The translations under genes were made by a program, and so were the position numbers. A stretch of 64,000 nt of DNA, taken from positions 1,364,001 through 1,428,000 of the forward strand of contig NW_025767179.1 of assembly GCF_003918875.1 (NCBI RefSeq). The letters are read 5' to 3'. Source of the stretch: Haliotis rubra. Its lineage: Eukaryota. Under the pieces are notes generated by a model. That model worked only from the letters and a program-made list of their open reading frames with translations. It did no database searches and had not been told where the DNA came from. Below, piece after piece: positions 24,332-37,100 of this stretch. Each line of letters begins with the position of its first letter. The stretch's first letter is position 1.

Positions 24332-27300
24332 TTAGCAAGGCCTGATGATGTAGGTCTCCTGTGCTTTCATTGACGTCGCACAGTTCTGATAGATCTTGTT
24401 GTATGTAAATCCAAGGCATCCTTTTGTTGGCTGCAGGCGACTGCACACGCCCTTTTAGATACAACATGAGGCGCTCTTGGCGATTCTACCAAAGGTGACG
24501 ATCGTTTCATCTTGGTGAAGCAGGTAAACCTACCTGAAAACACAAACCGATATTTTTACAAGCCACATACTAAGACAATACAACATTCTTTCGATGCGGA
24601 TTTTCTCGCCCTTTAACGCTAGAGTTACAAATATCTCAGCTATTTCGCAACGGTTAATAGGTCAATAGGAACAGACAAAGCTAACGAGATTGACGTTAAC
24701 GCGGGATTGAAAGCGAATGCGATACGTTCGACATAACCCTGGGGGTACACGCGGTCGGGGTATTGTGGACGTTATTTGACGTTAAGGTGACAGAAATGTT
24801 GATATATTACCTGGACCATGTGTAAGTCCTACGTGCTTACTTGAACCACGGTGTAGCTTCTTGTTGAACTCCACCAGTTTCAGTGTAAACCCAACATCAT
24901 CAGTTCTCCTACAGAGAAAGAAATGAATGGCACACGCTTGTGGCTTGCTACTGTGGCTGTAGGCGATGCAGTTGGCCAGCCCTGAACAAAGGGATCGACA
25001 GGATTTCTCCAACACTTTACCCGGTATCATGAAAAGACACTTCATACTGCCGGACACTGGTTCGGCATATGTGACTTCGCCTGCCAAACAACAACAACAA
25101 AGCCAACTTATGAGTTTTAATGAATGAGTGAGTTTAGTTTTAAGCCGCTTTTAGCAATATTCCTGCAATATTGCGGCCAGGGGCACCATAAATGGGCAGC
25201 ACACATTGTACACATGTTGGGAATCGAGCCTGTGTCTTCGGCATGACGAGCGAACGTTTTAACCACTAGGCTACCCAACCAAGTAACTTACAGAGATAAT
25301 ATTTGCATTACTTCATCAATGGACATTCAATCTCAATTCAATATTTCATGAAATAAAGTTACGTCGCTTTGAGCAATATTCCAGCAATATCACGGCTGGA
25401 GACGCCAGAAATGGGCTTCGCACATGTGGGGAATCGAACAAGGTTTTCAGCATGACGAGCGGACGCTTTAACCATTTGGTTACCCCGCCGTTCCGCCTAT
25501 TGGAATGGCATTGTGACAATGAATGATAGGGCACGTCAATATGTAAACATTTTCATATCTACCCTTTCACAGGAGAATCACGTGCTGTATTACACCATTC
25601 ACCTAAACGTGTATGGGATTTGAGGGATCTGAAATAAGAACAAAAAGCAATAACTGCATTAGACTCGTACCTTTGTTGTGGAAATCCTCTTGTGATACAA
25701 ACTGCACTGCGGAGAAATGATTATGGATAACTTTACCCTTGCCTCCTTTTGGCACCAGCAGGACTGATCGTTGGTGTCAAAGTCCACCAATGAACACTTA
25801 TTTTTGCTTTGTAGCCACATACATACAGATATATCGCTAACACCATTTTCTCTATCTGCTCCTTCCACGTTCCGAAACAGCCTGATCACCGACGGGCGAC
25901 GACCTGTGACGGCAAATGATGTACACATCAAACACGGCTGAGATAGGTCTCGCCAAACACTTACTTAAATTATTATGTCATCCCGTCATGTAAGCTTGGT
26001 GCGAAAACAATAACACCTTCCTGTTATAAATAGTATCAATATTACAATAAAGTACAGATGTTCTTAGTTACATTGGCTGCCCTCCCATAGTGATGTCTAA
26101 AACAATGTCTCGATTGACGTGTCTTTCACTTTTACATATTTCATTTACTGCAAATGATTAAAGTATTAATCTATGGTAGGATGAGCTAAAGTACAAAGGA
26201 TTAATACCGAATTCCGATGGAACTAAACAACTGACAGCGATTGCGGGGGCGTGTACTAACATATCGGTAAGCAGTTATTAAGATGCTACCTTTACAGTTT
26301 GGGTCTTTAAGGATGATCTTAGTTCCTTTTCCCTTTTTGTGTTTGCTGTTAATTGTGCAGATGTTGTCTCTCCACGCTGCTGTTTCACATGTGGTTACTG
26401 CTCTGCACAGTTCCTGACACTCGGACAAGGGGATAGTGCCAGATATTCTCTCTCCGCCTTCCATCGTCCCTTCTGTTACAGACATGCAGTGTGATTCTGC
26501 AAAATAAGCTTACAAGGGTACAAGTTTGCTTCGTGGTAATTTGTATATCATTTCCACACGTTACAAATCATATTTGTCCCATCAGCATATTATTGCTGTG
26601 CATCAATATTTTAACTGATATACACTGTACCAAGAGATTCAGTATAGAGCAGATATGTGTTATATTTAGACTTGTACTAGATTACACATAATGATCTGGA
26701 AAGTGATACAAGGAGCCACCTGCCTTGAGAGTATTGTGGAATTTAACAGTAATAATTATGTTTAGTAGAGTTGTCCAGGGACTCGTGGACAACATGCAGT
26801 GGTGTTCTCACAGCCATAGTAATTCAGTTCCAAATATTATGTTGTAAGACGATGCCATTCGTATGACCTTCGTTTGGACCGCAATGGAATCAATTGGTGA
26901 TTACCCCAGTTTACGCTCGAAACACGTCTGGCTAATGTGTCCAGTTATTAGCGGTGGTACACTACTTGGTCTCAGAACATACCGATTACAATAAACCGTA
27001 AAGACTGTTTCTTTCGCTATCGATCCATGACATGCGTTTTTGGACCTAGGCCTCTATGTGCTGAATCGATCTTTAGCAGTTTGTGCCTCCAGAAGTCGGA
27101 TCCAAAGACTTCCATATTGAACACATTGGCCACCTCGTTGTTAGTTCTACCGGTTTGAAGCTTGCCAAAAGCGATTAGGTGTTCATCAGATCAGGATACG
27201 CATTTCCCAGTTTGCTACTTTGAAGCAAGAGTAGAGAGCTTGCGTGTTATTACTGATAAAGACAAACACTACACTGCAGATGTGTGTGTGTGTGTGCGTG

Positions 27301-29952
27301 TGCGTGTGCGTGTGCGTGTGTGCACCGACTGCAAAAGTCACGCCATGGCTATACTCAATACCTGTTACTTTCTCGCAAAGTGCGAAGGTGAATACGACGA
27401 CCGGTGCCTCTTGTGTAGCGACCCTTTGGTTTTGAGAGCACATTCTCTTCCTGGCATCCCAATAGACATCAGGTTTTGAAGCTTGTGTAAAAGCGTAGGT
27501 TATACACTCCAGCGCGCTAACGTTCTTCAGGTCAGAACCTGTGCTTTTGTTTTCTACTTGCATTGACACGCACTGAGAGGCTGAAACAGGCAACAAAATA
27601 GGCAGTGCGTGAGTACAGAATACAAACAAACAAACAAAATTCATTGAAATATATGGGGGAAACTGATATCTCGGTTTTATCAAGAGCCATTATTCAAGAG
27701 ATATGCTTGTGACATAAACCATGCTTATATATAGTGACTGAAGCGCTATTAAAATGAAGGCGCTATCGTTAGAGAGGTTCCAGGAAGGAACATTGAGAAG
27801 AATGCTGGTGGTTACTCTATATAATTAAGGGCGTTAGGTTAAATATTTAATATTTTAGTACCTACTTCAATATATATGAGTAATTCTCAAAATTCGTGTA
27901 TATTTATGCTTTATGTTTATGACAAAATTAAGTCAAAATCAATACTTTGTTATGGAACTAATTTATCTCAGTTTTTCCTACACTTTACAGTCACAAAATT
28001 GTGAAAGAATATTTTTATGTTTATTTTAAACACTCAAACCCACCAAATTTTACTCAATTTTCATGTGTCACAACTCCAGTGGCCGATGTTTAATTTGATT
28101 TTTGGGTCTTTTTCAAAGACATTTTTAACAAATCATAATTAAAGATGTTACAACTGCATGCCTGGCATGGTTTGGCCTTTTTGTATGGAAAAACATTTTG
28201 CTAAAAAAAGGTCAAACTTTGTCACAAGGTTTGATGTCACTATCGTAACATCATTCAAAAAATTGCAATAATGATTACTCCCTGTACTGTCTTCTGATTC
28301 TAATCATGTATGCAAGCAATGGCAGTGAGGAAACGACAGGCAAACACTGACACAAAACAATCATTTATCTGAATGCTATCGCAAAAAGGTGTGTACAAAA
28401 TGATATCTGAGATTTGTGCATGTCCGAACCGTTAAGGTGGCTACCGCTGAAACCAATTAATTTTGTAAAGCCAAACAACGCCAAGTACCTTAGACAGTAC
28501 GCGAAATCATTTGAAACCATGTGCTCAGTATACTTTGGGGACCAGTTATTGTTTTAAAACTGATATTGTTAGTGGCTGTCACTACCGTTACGGTCAATGT
28601 CGTTATCATGTGTTTTGTTGCGGTAAAGACAGATTTTGTGACGGCAGTTTAGTTTATTTTTCTAGTTTAGTGTTGTTTGTATCTAAAGTGACTATTCAAA
28701 GATGTCAAATGTTTTGGAATCTTATTTAACATAAACAATTTATATCAAATGAATAAGTATCATTTTTTGAAAGATTTCCGCCCGTAACCCCCGTTTTATT
28801 TTATCATTCTATACCTAAGAACAAATGTTTTTCTGTCAAAGAATCTTAACACTAAACCTTACCCTGACCCAAAATCACACCTAACCCTAACCCTAACCCT
28901 AACCCTAACATCTTAAGCCTAATCCTAAAACCTCGAAATAATCCTAATAAATAGAACTCACTTGAAGCGGGGGTTGCGGGTGGAACTCTTACCCGTTAGG
29001 GTAGTGATATTATATACCATCACAATGTCACTGCCGCAACATGCAGTCTTTACCTGTTCTTACATGCCAGGGACATCGATAAGTAAATCTTTTGCCTATT
29101 ACATATTCTTCTAACATTCTGAAATATCTGACTGACAAATTTCATTAGATTATCTTTTAAAGTAAACATATCAAACTGGCTATTATAAAAAAATGTCACT
29201 ACCGTGGTTGTGTCACTACCATAACAATTAATTCCAATGTTCATGCCATAACAATATCATTTCCCTTATTCAATTAAAATTGATTTATCTGTTTATCTAT
29301 GGAATTAAATGCTCTGGGTACATTTGTGCAGATATTAGTAATATAATGTCCCTTGTCAAATAAGATGTTCCAAACCTAACAATTGCACAATATTTCATAT
29401 TGCTTTGAATTCGATATATCACAAATACCAGTCCGTACACTTCCAAGCCGGTCAAAGGAGGGTACAAATTGCCAATGGAAACTCGTATATATCAATCGCA
29501 TATCTGTTTAAAACAATAGATAGATACATGCACTACTGTTAACTGTGAAAGTCATCTTTTATTGCTTGATGCTGACTGCAATTGACACAATTGGTAAAAT
29601 GTATATGAATATCCATATATACATGCAAGCACATAACACGGCGTGAGTAATATAAACTTAAAATATACATACGTGTATCTATTTCTATCTGTTTCTCCTC
29701 GCTCTCCTGGGAGTTTATGTGTTTTAATCTACATACAATTATTCTTGTAAAGCTCGGAGAAGCTGGGGAAAGCATCGGCCAATGTACTTTCATCATCTAA
29801 TTCAGTAATCACTGACCTGGACGCAACGTTGAAACGAAAACATTACTAATTTCAGAATGATAATGAATAAAAACGCCTGTGGCATCGAAATAATTCACTA
29901 AGTACTTACTTGTATTTCTTGGATACAGAATAAGTAGGAACAAAAACCACAT
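24332..29952 (-). CDS. Putative secreted multi-module Cys-rich (PAN/apple-like) protein, paralog A; two single-base frameshifts as assembled (pseudogene or sequence error)
   Basis: Exons 29952-29910 (MWFLFLLILYPRNT), 27580-27362, 26496-26290, 25903-25671, 25080-24841 and 24533-24332, all with phase-1 junctions. Exon-for-exon homologous to paralog B. The C-x3-C-x5-C pattern occurs in modules 2, 4 and 5. The frame slips at T4 runs 25747-25750 and 24422-24425. Confidence 0.75.
25125..25490 (-). mobile_element. Two adjacent SINE family 1 copies (~25125-25278 and ~25355-25490)
   Basis: Each matches the reverse complement of the family consensus. Confidence 0.75.
27281..27322. repeat. (TG)n/(TGTGCG)n microsatellite
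   Basis: tgtgtgtgtgtgtgtgcgtgtgcgtgtgcgtgtgcgtgtgtg; source of the HTHTHT and CVCVCV ORFs. Confidence 0.95.
28772..28990. repeat. Inverted-repeat-bounded element containing (CCCTAA)n telomere-like repeats
   Basis: ttccgcccgtaacccccg pairs with cgggggttgcgggtggaa. Internal cctaaccctaaccctaaccctaaccctaac at ~28880-28909. Confidence 0.65.
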
Positions 29953-30179
29953 TCTGAGACACCGTGATGAAGTGAAAGCTTCTTTCCTCTGTTGTATCAC
30001 TTTAGTTGAAAAGGCCGTTAAAACAAGAAGTCATACACAGCTGAAAGTATTTCATACGTGAATCACGACATGATGTAGCTCACCTGACACACGACATTGG
30101 ACCATGTCACAATATTCCAAGAATCTGGCCCATCGTACTTTGTAATTCAGATTTAACATTGGTCTCTCATAATTGCCTA

Positions 30180-30336
30180 AGGCGGTGGGGTAGCCTTGTG
30201 GTTAAAGCGTCTGCGTTCTAAGACCCGGGTTCGATTCCCGGACTGGGTACAATGTGTGAAGCTCATTTCTGTTATCCCCCGCCGTGATATTACTTGAATA
30301 TTGCTAAAAGCAGCATAAAACTAAAATCATACACTC
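30180..30336 (+). mobile_element. tRNA-derived SINE family 1 copy
   Basis: ggcggtggggtagccttgtggttaaagcg...gggttcgattcccg head plus the family tail. Confidence 0.8.
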
Positions 30337-30924
30337 ATAATTACCTTACATCAGGCGCAATTTATCATATATAGATATCAGTGTAGGTGTTAAGCAAGAA
30401 ATACCAAACTGTCTTCTCTGTTTCTTGTTCGTTTCACCTCCATATAGCTGGAATATTGCTGAGTGCGGCGTAAAACTAAACTCACTCACTTGTTCATTTC
30501 TACCCTGTATTTTAAGATTATTTGACCTTCCCCTGCATTGTTGTTCTAGAATGCTTCAAATGAGATCGTCAATGGCTGATTATATAAAGAAACAAATCGA
30601 GTAGAGCTACAAATGATACTACATGCGCATGTTACCTGCTAATAATCTTTGATTCTAATTTGGTATCATAAATGTTTTTAAGAATCACTGTCGGAATCAT
30701 CGTATCCCATGATACGTGGATCGTTGCGAATAATTACTGGATTTTCTGATCCTGACATACAGTTCTCATACAGCTGTATTATTGCTGTAGAATACACAAC
30801 AAACACCAAAATCAAAACTACCAAATTGTTCTACGATCCATCACAAAAGCAAGTCAATTGTTCATTTACAAAGAACGCTTGAACATAGGATATCAACATA
30901 GTACAACACACATTCGTAGATATC

Positions 30925-31086
30925 TACTCATGGAAACGAATAAGGGAACACATGAAAGTACAAGTGTTCCTCTATTCCTTTCCAGGTTTCTTCACGAGGT
31001 ATGTATTGCACTGTGGGTGAAATTCTGGAAAAAAAATAAAGGAACACTTGTACTTTCATGTGTTCCCTTATTCGTTTCCATGAGTA
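30925..31086. mobile_element. Hairpin MITE with ~60-bp terminal inverted repeats, TA-flanked
   Basis: ta-ctcatggaaacgaataagggaacacatgaaagtacaagtgttcct ... aggaacacttgtactttcatgtgttcccttattcgtttccatgag-ta. A degenerate half copy lies near 8830-8875. Confidence 0.8.
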
Positions 31087-31733
31087 AAGTTTTGCAGAAT
31101 TCGGCATCACACATGCCACTCAGTGGCCCCATTTATATCTATAGTCAAAACAGAATCGAATAGTGTGGCAATATGAATGATCAGGTAAGCTAGGAGACCT
31201 TTTCAAAGTTGATAGGAATCAAAACTACTGGTGGTAACTCCAGAATTATTTTTATTTTTCAAAAGCGAATATTTAGAGACAAAGCCCAGGGTGCCTCTGT
31301 TTATCTGTCATATAGCAGGAATTGGAAATGTACATTCATTTATGATATATTGATTTGAAGGTACATTGTACACTGGCATTCTATTTTAGGGTGGTAGAGA
31401 CCTCTTAAGTGCCAGCTCAAAGAGTCGGATGAATTACATTAAGCTCATAAGTATGGCAGAGGAACAAATGCTGGGGTTTGAATTTCTACATTTCATGTAA
31501 AGATAAGAAGTGATTCCTTGGGGGATAACACTGAGAGTTCTATAACACGATAACATCATGATGGCATCCATAAACCCATCATCTTTATTTCAGTAGTTCT
31601 GGTGTCAGTTTTGAATTTCCATATGTTGGGTTCCAGCTTGATAACAACTATCCTATGGGAGGAAGTACACATGTCTTGTGCTGACGAAGATATTTTGCTC
31701 TTAGATATTTTTACAGATATAGTTTCTAATTTC

Positions 31734-31900
31734 AGTGAGTGAGTTACGTTTTACGCCGCTTTTAGCAATATTACAGTAATATCACGTCGGGGAACATCAG
31801 AAATTGGCTTCACACATTGTGCCCTTGTAAGGAATCGAACCCGGGTCTTCGGCGTGACGAGCGAACGCCTAAACCACTAGCTATGCTATCCCACCGCCCC
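31734..31900 (-). mobile_element. tRNA-derived SINE family 1 copy
   Basis: Reverse complement of the family consensus. Confidence 0.8.
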
Positions 31901-33491
31901 GTTTCTAATTTGAAAAGTATAAATGTGAAAATATACAGTTGTAAGTATACACAACTTGCTTTTAAAATACATTGGACTCTTTGTATAAATCCCAATATTC
32001 GATTCGGTATTGCCTGTTTAAGGCTGAAAAAAGTGTCCCTTGTTACAATTTGAAAATATATTTTTCAGCTCTCAGTCACACAATAATGTAGACGTTCTTA
32101 TGGTCTTTCTCAAATAATAGCCATGTGTAGTTACGTGATAATCTACTTGTTATTACTTTTTTTCTCTAAAGTTTACAATGAACGGGAAAATAGTTCCATG
32201 TTTGAACACAGTGGTATAGCCTACGACCATTAACTTATTCCGGGCTATTCCGTGACTTTAGACAGGAAGTAAAGTAAATGAGGTTTGCGATAAACTAACA
32301 GATTTAAGATTCTGATCCAAACTTTAACATGGCCTCCAAGGTTATTATGACCTTTCCTACGCCACTGTGGCATGCCCGATGATACATTTATTATTAACCG
32401 GGTATTAAAATATTTGATTGAAACCGACATAATCGTTGACGCTAAAATGTGAAATGTCTAATATACACTTAGTCGACTGTGTAGGTCCGTTGTATCATGT
32501 ACCACGATCAAATAGCGATGGTTAGTGGTGTGACTATTCATCTATATGCATCGATCCATGGGCCGCCGATACAGTGAATCGATACATGTTTTTACATTGT
32601 CGTATATCCTATAGGATACCTCAAATGGGCAACGATACATCGATGTTTAACTTTGAATATTGCCGAATCGCGATATCTGTCATAGAAACTGGACTTACAT
32701 TTGTTTGATGATAAATATATATGCTTACTTATTTTCCCTTCATAAGTAAACGTTTTCTCGGAAATTCTCGCGTCAAGAACAGTGTCAGACATAGCGCTCG
32801 CATTTTATCAAAATTCAAGAAGTCCGTGCGTAACTTTAATTATCTCGTTTCCGAATGAATATTGAAAAACGCTGGCGGAATTTGACGACATATTTTTAAA
32901 TGGTTTTGCTTTGATCTTAAGGTGTTTTATGGTTGGTGTTAGAATTAAGGATTTTATTGTGATACGTATCGTATCGCCACCCTTGTATCGGTATTCGTAT
33001 CGTATCGTAGCTTCAGTGTACTTTTCAATATATCGTCGTGACTAAAAATTTTAGTATCGTGATGTATCGTATCGCAGGTTGTATGCCAATACAAGCACTA
33101 GGATGATACCAGGTGTTCGCGAAAAGGTGACTGTATTCACCCTTTGACCCTCTGTATCACTGTGGCCGCTAACCTTCGAAGTCCAACTCTTTTCTATATA
33201 AATAGGATGTAACCTGCTATATAAAATGGTTTATGTGACATAATGATGTTATCTACTCGTCACGTCATTTGCATGAAATAAGGATGTTTGTTGTTTCGTT
33301 CTGGAGCATATGGATGTGTTGTGTTGATTCCATGGAGTTTGTAATGATAGTGTTGTCAGCTCATTCCTGATGTTTCTTGAGATAAAGGTGTTTATCCTCC
33401 GGTTTCTCTTTGGTTCGGATTTATACTCACTCTAACACCTTTTTGATGAGCTGATGGACGTTTAGTACCATTATCAAGAACATGACAACAG

Positions 33492-33705
33492 ACCCGTCAC
33501 GATCCGGGCTAGAGCTGGTCTTCAGCAACCCTTACTTGGGATCTGTGTCGTCAGACTTGCTGACTTGGTTGACACATGTCATCGTATCGCAATTGCTCAT
33601 CGATGCTCATGATGTTGATCACTGGATTGTCTGGTTAAGTCTCGATTATTTACAGTCCGCCACCATATAGCTGTAATATTGCAGAGTGGGGCGTTAAACA
33701 ACAAG
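33492..33705 (+). mobile_element. SINE-like family 2 copy (diverged)
   Basis: acccgtcacgatccgggctag...gctgacttggttgacacatgtcatc...ccatatagctgtaatattgc. Confidence 0.75.
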
Positions 33706-33735
33706 CAAGCAAAATATACAAACACATGACAAGAT

Positions 33736-33999
33736 GTAACATATGTAACATTTGGCATTACACTTTCTTCGTAAATTACAGATTCTGGTAATCCGGGATT
33801 CGAACCCACACCCTCAGAGTCTGGCACCTAATAGCCAGCACACAAAGTCAGCCGCCTAACCGCGGTTAAGGGTGTGGGTTCGAATCCCGGATGGGACTCA
33901 GCCCAACTGAAGTAATAGAATCAGTACTTTACGAAGAATGTTTCATTACAAATGTAACATACGTTACATTCGACCACTTTCTAAATGGCATTTTGTATT
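33736..33999. mobile_element. Internally inverted tRNA-derived element flanked by a 13-bp direct repeat
   Basis: cacatgacaagat at 33723-33735 and 34000-34012. Inner inverted pair atccgggattcgaacccacaccct / agggtgtgggttcgaatcccggat (B-box). Confidence 0.7.
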
Positions 34000-34128
34000 C
34001 ACATGACAAGATAGTATTATGGTCACCTTTTTATTACATTTGTAGCTACCTTTCTCATTGAAGGAGACCTTTTGTCCACTTGTACAGTGTTTTCGAACAG
34101 AAATGCTTATGCATGTAGGCATACACAA

Positions 34129-37100
34129 TCAGCATGCCCTGAGTTTGTAGTCTTCAGCTGCATTGAATGATTTAGTACATAAGTTGTTCTGACTATTCCT
34201 GGTGAATGTGAACCCACGACATGCCTCTCTGTGGCTGCAGGCGACTGCACACGCCAGTTTAGATGTTACGTAAAGAGGAACAGCTTTGGATGGTATTTCC
34301 AAAGCATTGTCTGAAGGCAGGCTCCTTTTGGTCTTTGTGAAGCAGGCAAACCTTACTGCAAAACAGAAAAGTCTGTTATATTTCTGAGCATTAATGGATT
34401 TAACTAGCACACGGGCATTGCTACTTAAGAATCTAAATTCACATTGTAACGGTTTACTGGTGCATGATCTGTGCATGTTAAAATACTGTGAACGCTGGAA
34501 ATTCATTTCGACGATTAATTATATTGATTTGACATCAGAAATGACATTACGTCAACATAGAGTACTTGTTAGAGTATTGCTTATTAGCATTAAATAAATT
34601 AATATGAAACTTTGAGCATGAATACTTGTGTGTGGACAGCACTCAAAACTGCGAGACGTGAGATGTCCCACCGTTCACCAAGCACATGTTGCCGTTGAAT
34701 GTGAAATTACAGTTGTTGAAAATGTTTCGTGACATTATGTCATTCGTTGGGCCTGTAATGGTTTACATGAGCTGGGACTGGGAGTACTTGTCGGGTTGAC
34801 CGGGTTTTGTACCTCAACAGTTTCCTCTGCTGTTATACTTCAACTGACTGAGTATGGTTGTACGCCGTTTTTAGCAATATTCCAGCAATATCACGGCGGG
34901 GGACACCAGAAATGGGCTTCACAAATTGTACCCATGTGGGGAATCGAACCCGGGCCTTCGGCGTGACGAGCGAACGCTTTAACCACTAGGCTACCCCACC
35001 GCCCCGTTATACTTCAAATAGTCTCAGAAGGGCCAATATAATATATATTCTTTCTTTTGGTTTACTAAGAATATTACCCCTCACGTACGACTGGTGGAGG
35101 TTTAAGAACATACGCGAGGCCAACAGATCTATAAAACTGTCATTGTTTATCATGTTAGGCAGTAGAGAGGATTGTCTATGTGGTATGTACTGGTCTATCG
35201 TTAAAGATTTTCAACGCTATTAATGTGAAAAATGGTGAGTTTTATTAACAATATATATAGTTATTCTGATAATAGGTGTTTTGGGTCAGTCCTTTTGACT
35301 TTGAGCCTGGGTTTCATCCAGTTATCGTGTAGTCGGTAGTATATGTCTATGATGTAGAACTACATCTAGATGTGTGCTTTTAGACATGTATTCGGGTAAA
35401 CATATTCAGCGGGGTTCATTGTACGTTGGTGTGAAAGAACAACGCTTGGTTCAATACTCATAACATTGAAAGTGTACTGGCTAGCTGACTTTGATAACGC
35501 CAACCTATGAAAATAGCGCAGGTAGATGTTAATCACTTGAATGTCTGGCCCAGTCTCAATTATTTAAAGACCGCCCTCCTATAGCTCTAATATTGCTGAG
35601 AAACAATCCTATGTGGCAATGTCAAATTTTTATGCTTACTTGGGATGTTGTTCAACCTTCCATCAAACTGCACTAAGTGTAGAGTCATTCCAGACTCAGT
35701 CTTTCTCGGACACGCAAAGAAGTGAATGAAACACTTCTGTCGGTCCCCGCGGTAGCTGTAGCCGATGCAGTTGCTGACGCCAGAACACAGAGTTCGACAG
35801 GACTCCTCCGACGGCATCGACAGCGGTATGTCGAACCCACATGTCAAAGTGCCAGTCAGCTGTTCGCCATACATGACCTCACCTGTCAAAACATAATACT
35901 GTAAAACAATGACTTAAATATATTAATGGTCTGAAATGAATCAAGTAGGCACTTACTTGTTAACAGTGAACAAAAAACAGGTGTTCCTTAGCGACACATT
36001 TGGCAGCAGATATATGGCGCTGCAACCGAGGTTTGATACCTAGGCTGTCAGAATTGTGTTCATGGTCATTTAATGGAATACCCGATTTATGCCAATGAGG
36101 AGAACATTACGCGGGCTGTACACTTCTGTAACTGCAAGGTTACATATGCTTTACTTAACTTTCACTACGTCAATTATGTAAGGGATGGTGTACATGTTGT
36201 TTGTGTATTTGTTTGCTGTATAACGCCGTACATAGCAATATTCCAGCTATATGGCGGCGGTCTGTAAATAATCTATACAATCCAGTGATCAATAAAATCA
36301 GCATCGATCTACGTTATTGGGATACGATGACATATGCATGTGTCAACGATGACACCCATCCCATTAGTCGCCTCTTACGACATGCATGGGTTGCTGAAGA
36401 CCAATTCTAACTCGGATCTTCACGGATATGGTGTGCACGTCTCTGGCTTGTGGCCAGTATTGTGTAATTAGCTGTATCACTAGTCTATATACGTTCTCAC
36501 ACCTTGACCAGGGAACTGCCAGTATTGCCGATATTGTGGGCTTGAAAAGGACTTGGAATGTCGATGCTGGTTGTCACAAAAACAATCAATTTGATACTTG
36601 TGACAGTTGATTGGAGTGGGAGGTGGGAATTTCAGCTTGTGTTTCATATGTATAAATAGGGATGTTCTTTTGGAAAGTCTCACTCAAACATAGTTTCATC
36701 ATTTGCACAGCTACTTTGTCTGTTTTGGTGGATAATCTATGGCGCTGACGCATCGTATTTAATCAGAGTATTTGTTTTCGGATTTCAAGTTTTCGAGCGG
36801 CGGTGGTCACACGGTATAACGAGGCGGATTGCGTCACACAGCCATTGTAAATACTTGGATGATGGCGTATGTTTAAGATAATTTTGTCTTTAGTAAGCTA
36901 GTGACGTGTTTTCAATCAAGAAAACAGCAGTTGTTCCTAAGAGCCCAAAACCGATAACACAAGGATAATCGAGGTTCAAGTCAGTTAAACTGATTAATTT
37001 GAATGAACATACATGAACAAGGGTGGGAATCAAACCACGAATCACCACATGGGTAAATCTGATTTGATTTCGATAGCGGGTGCACTACGACCCCTATGTC

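Noticed and set aside
25904-25940. Upstream acceptor at 25937 that would make paralog A exon 4 a multiple of three
   Set aside because: In the required phase-1 reading it hits TAG and loses homology to paralog B. The conserved acceptor is tttgcc(g/a)tcacag|GT.
28860-28930. True telomere or chromosome-fusion site
   Set aside because: Only ~5 perfect units in a single orientation, embedded in an IR-bounded element within an intron.
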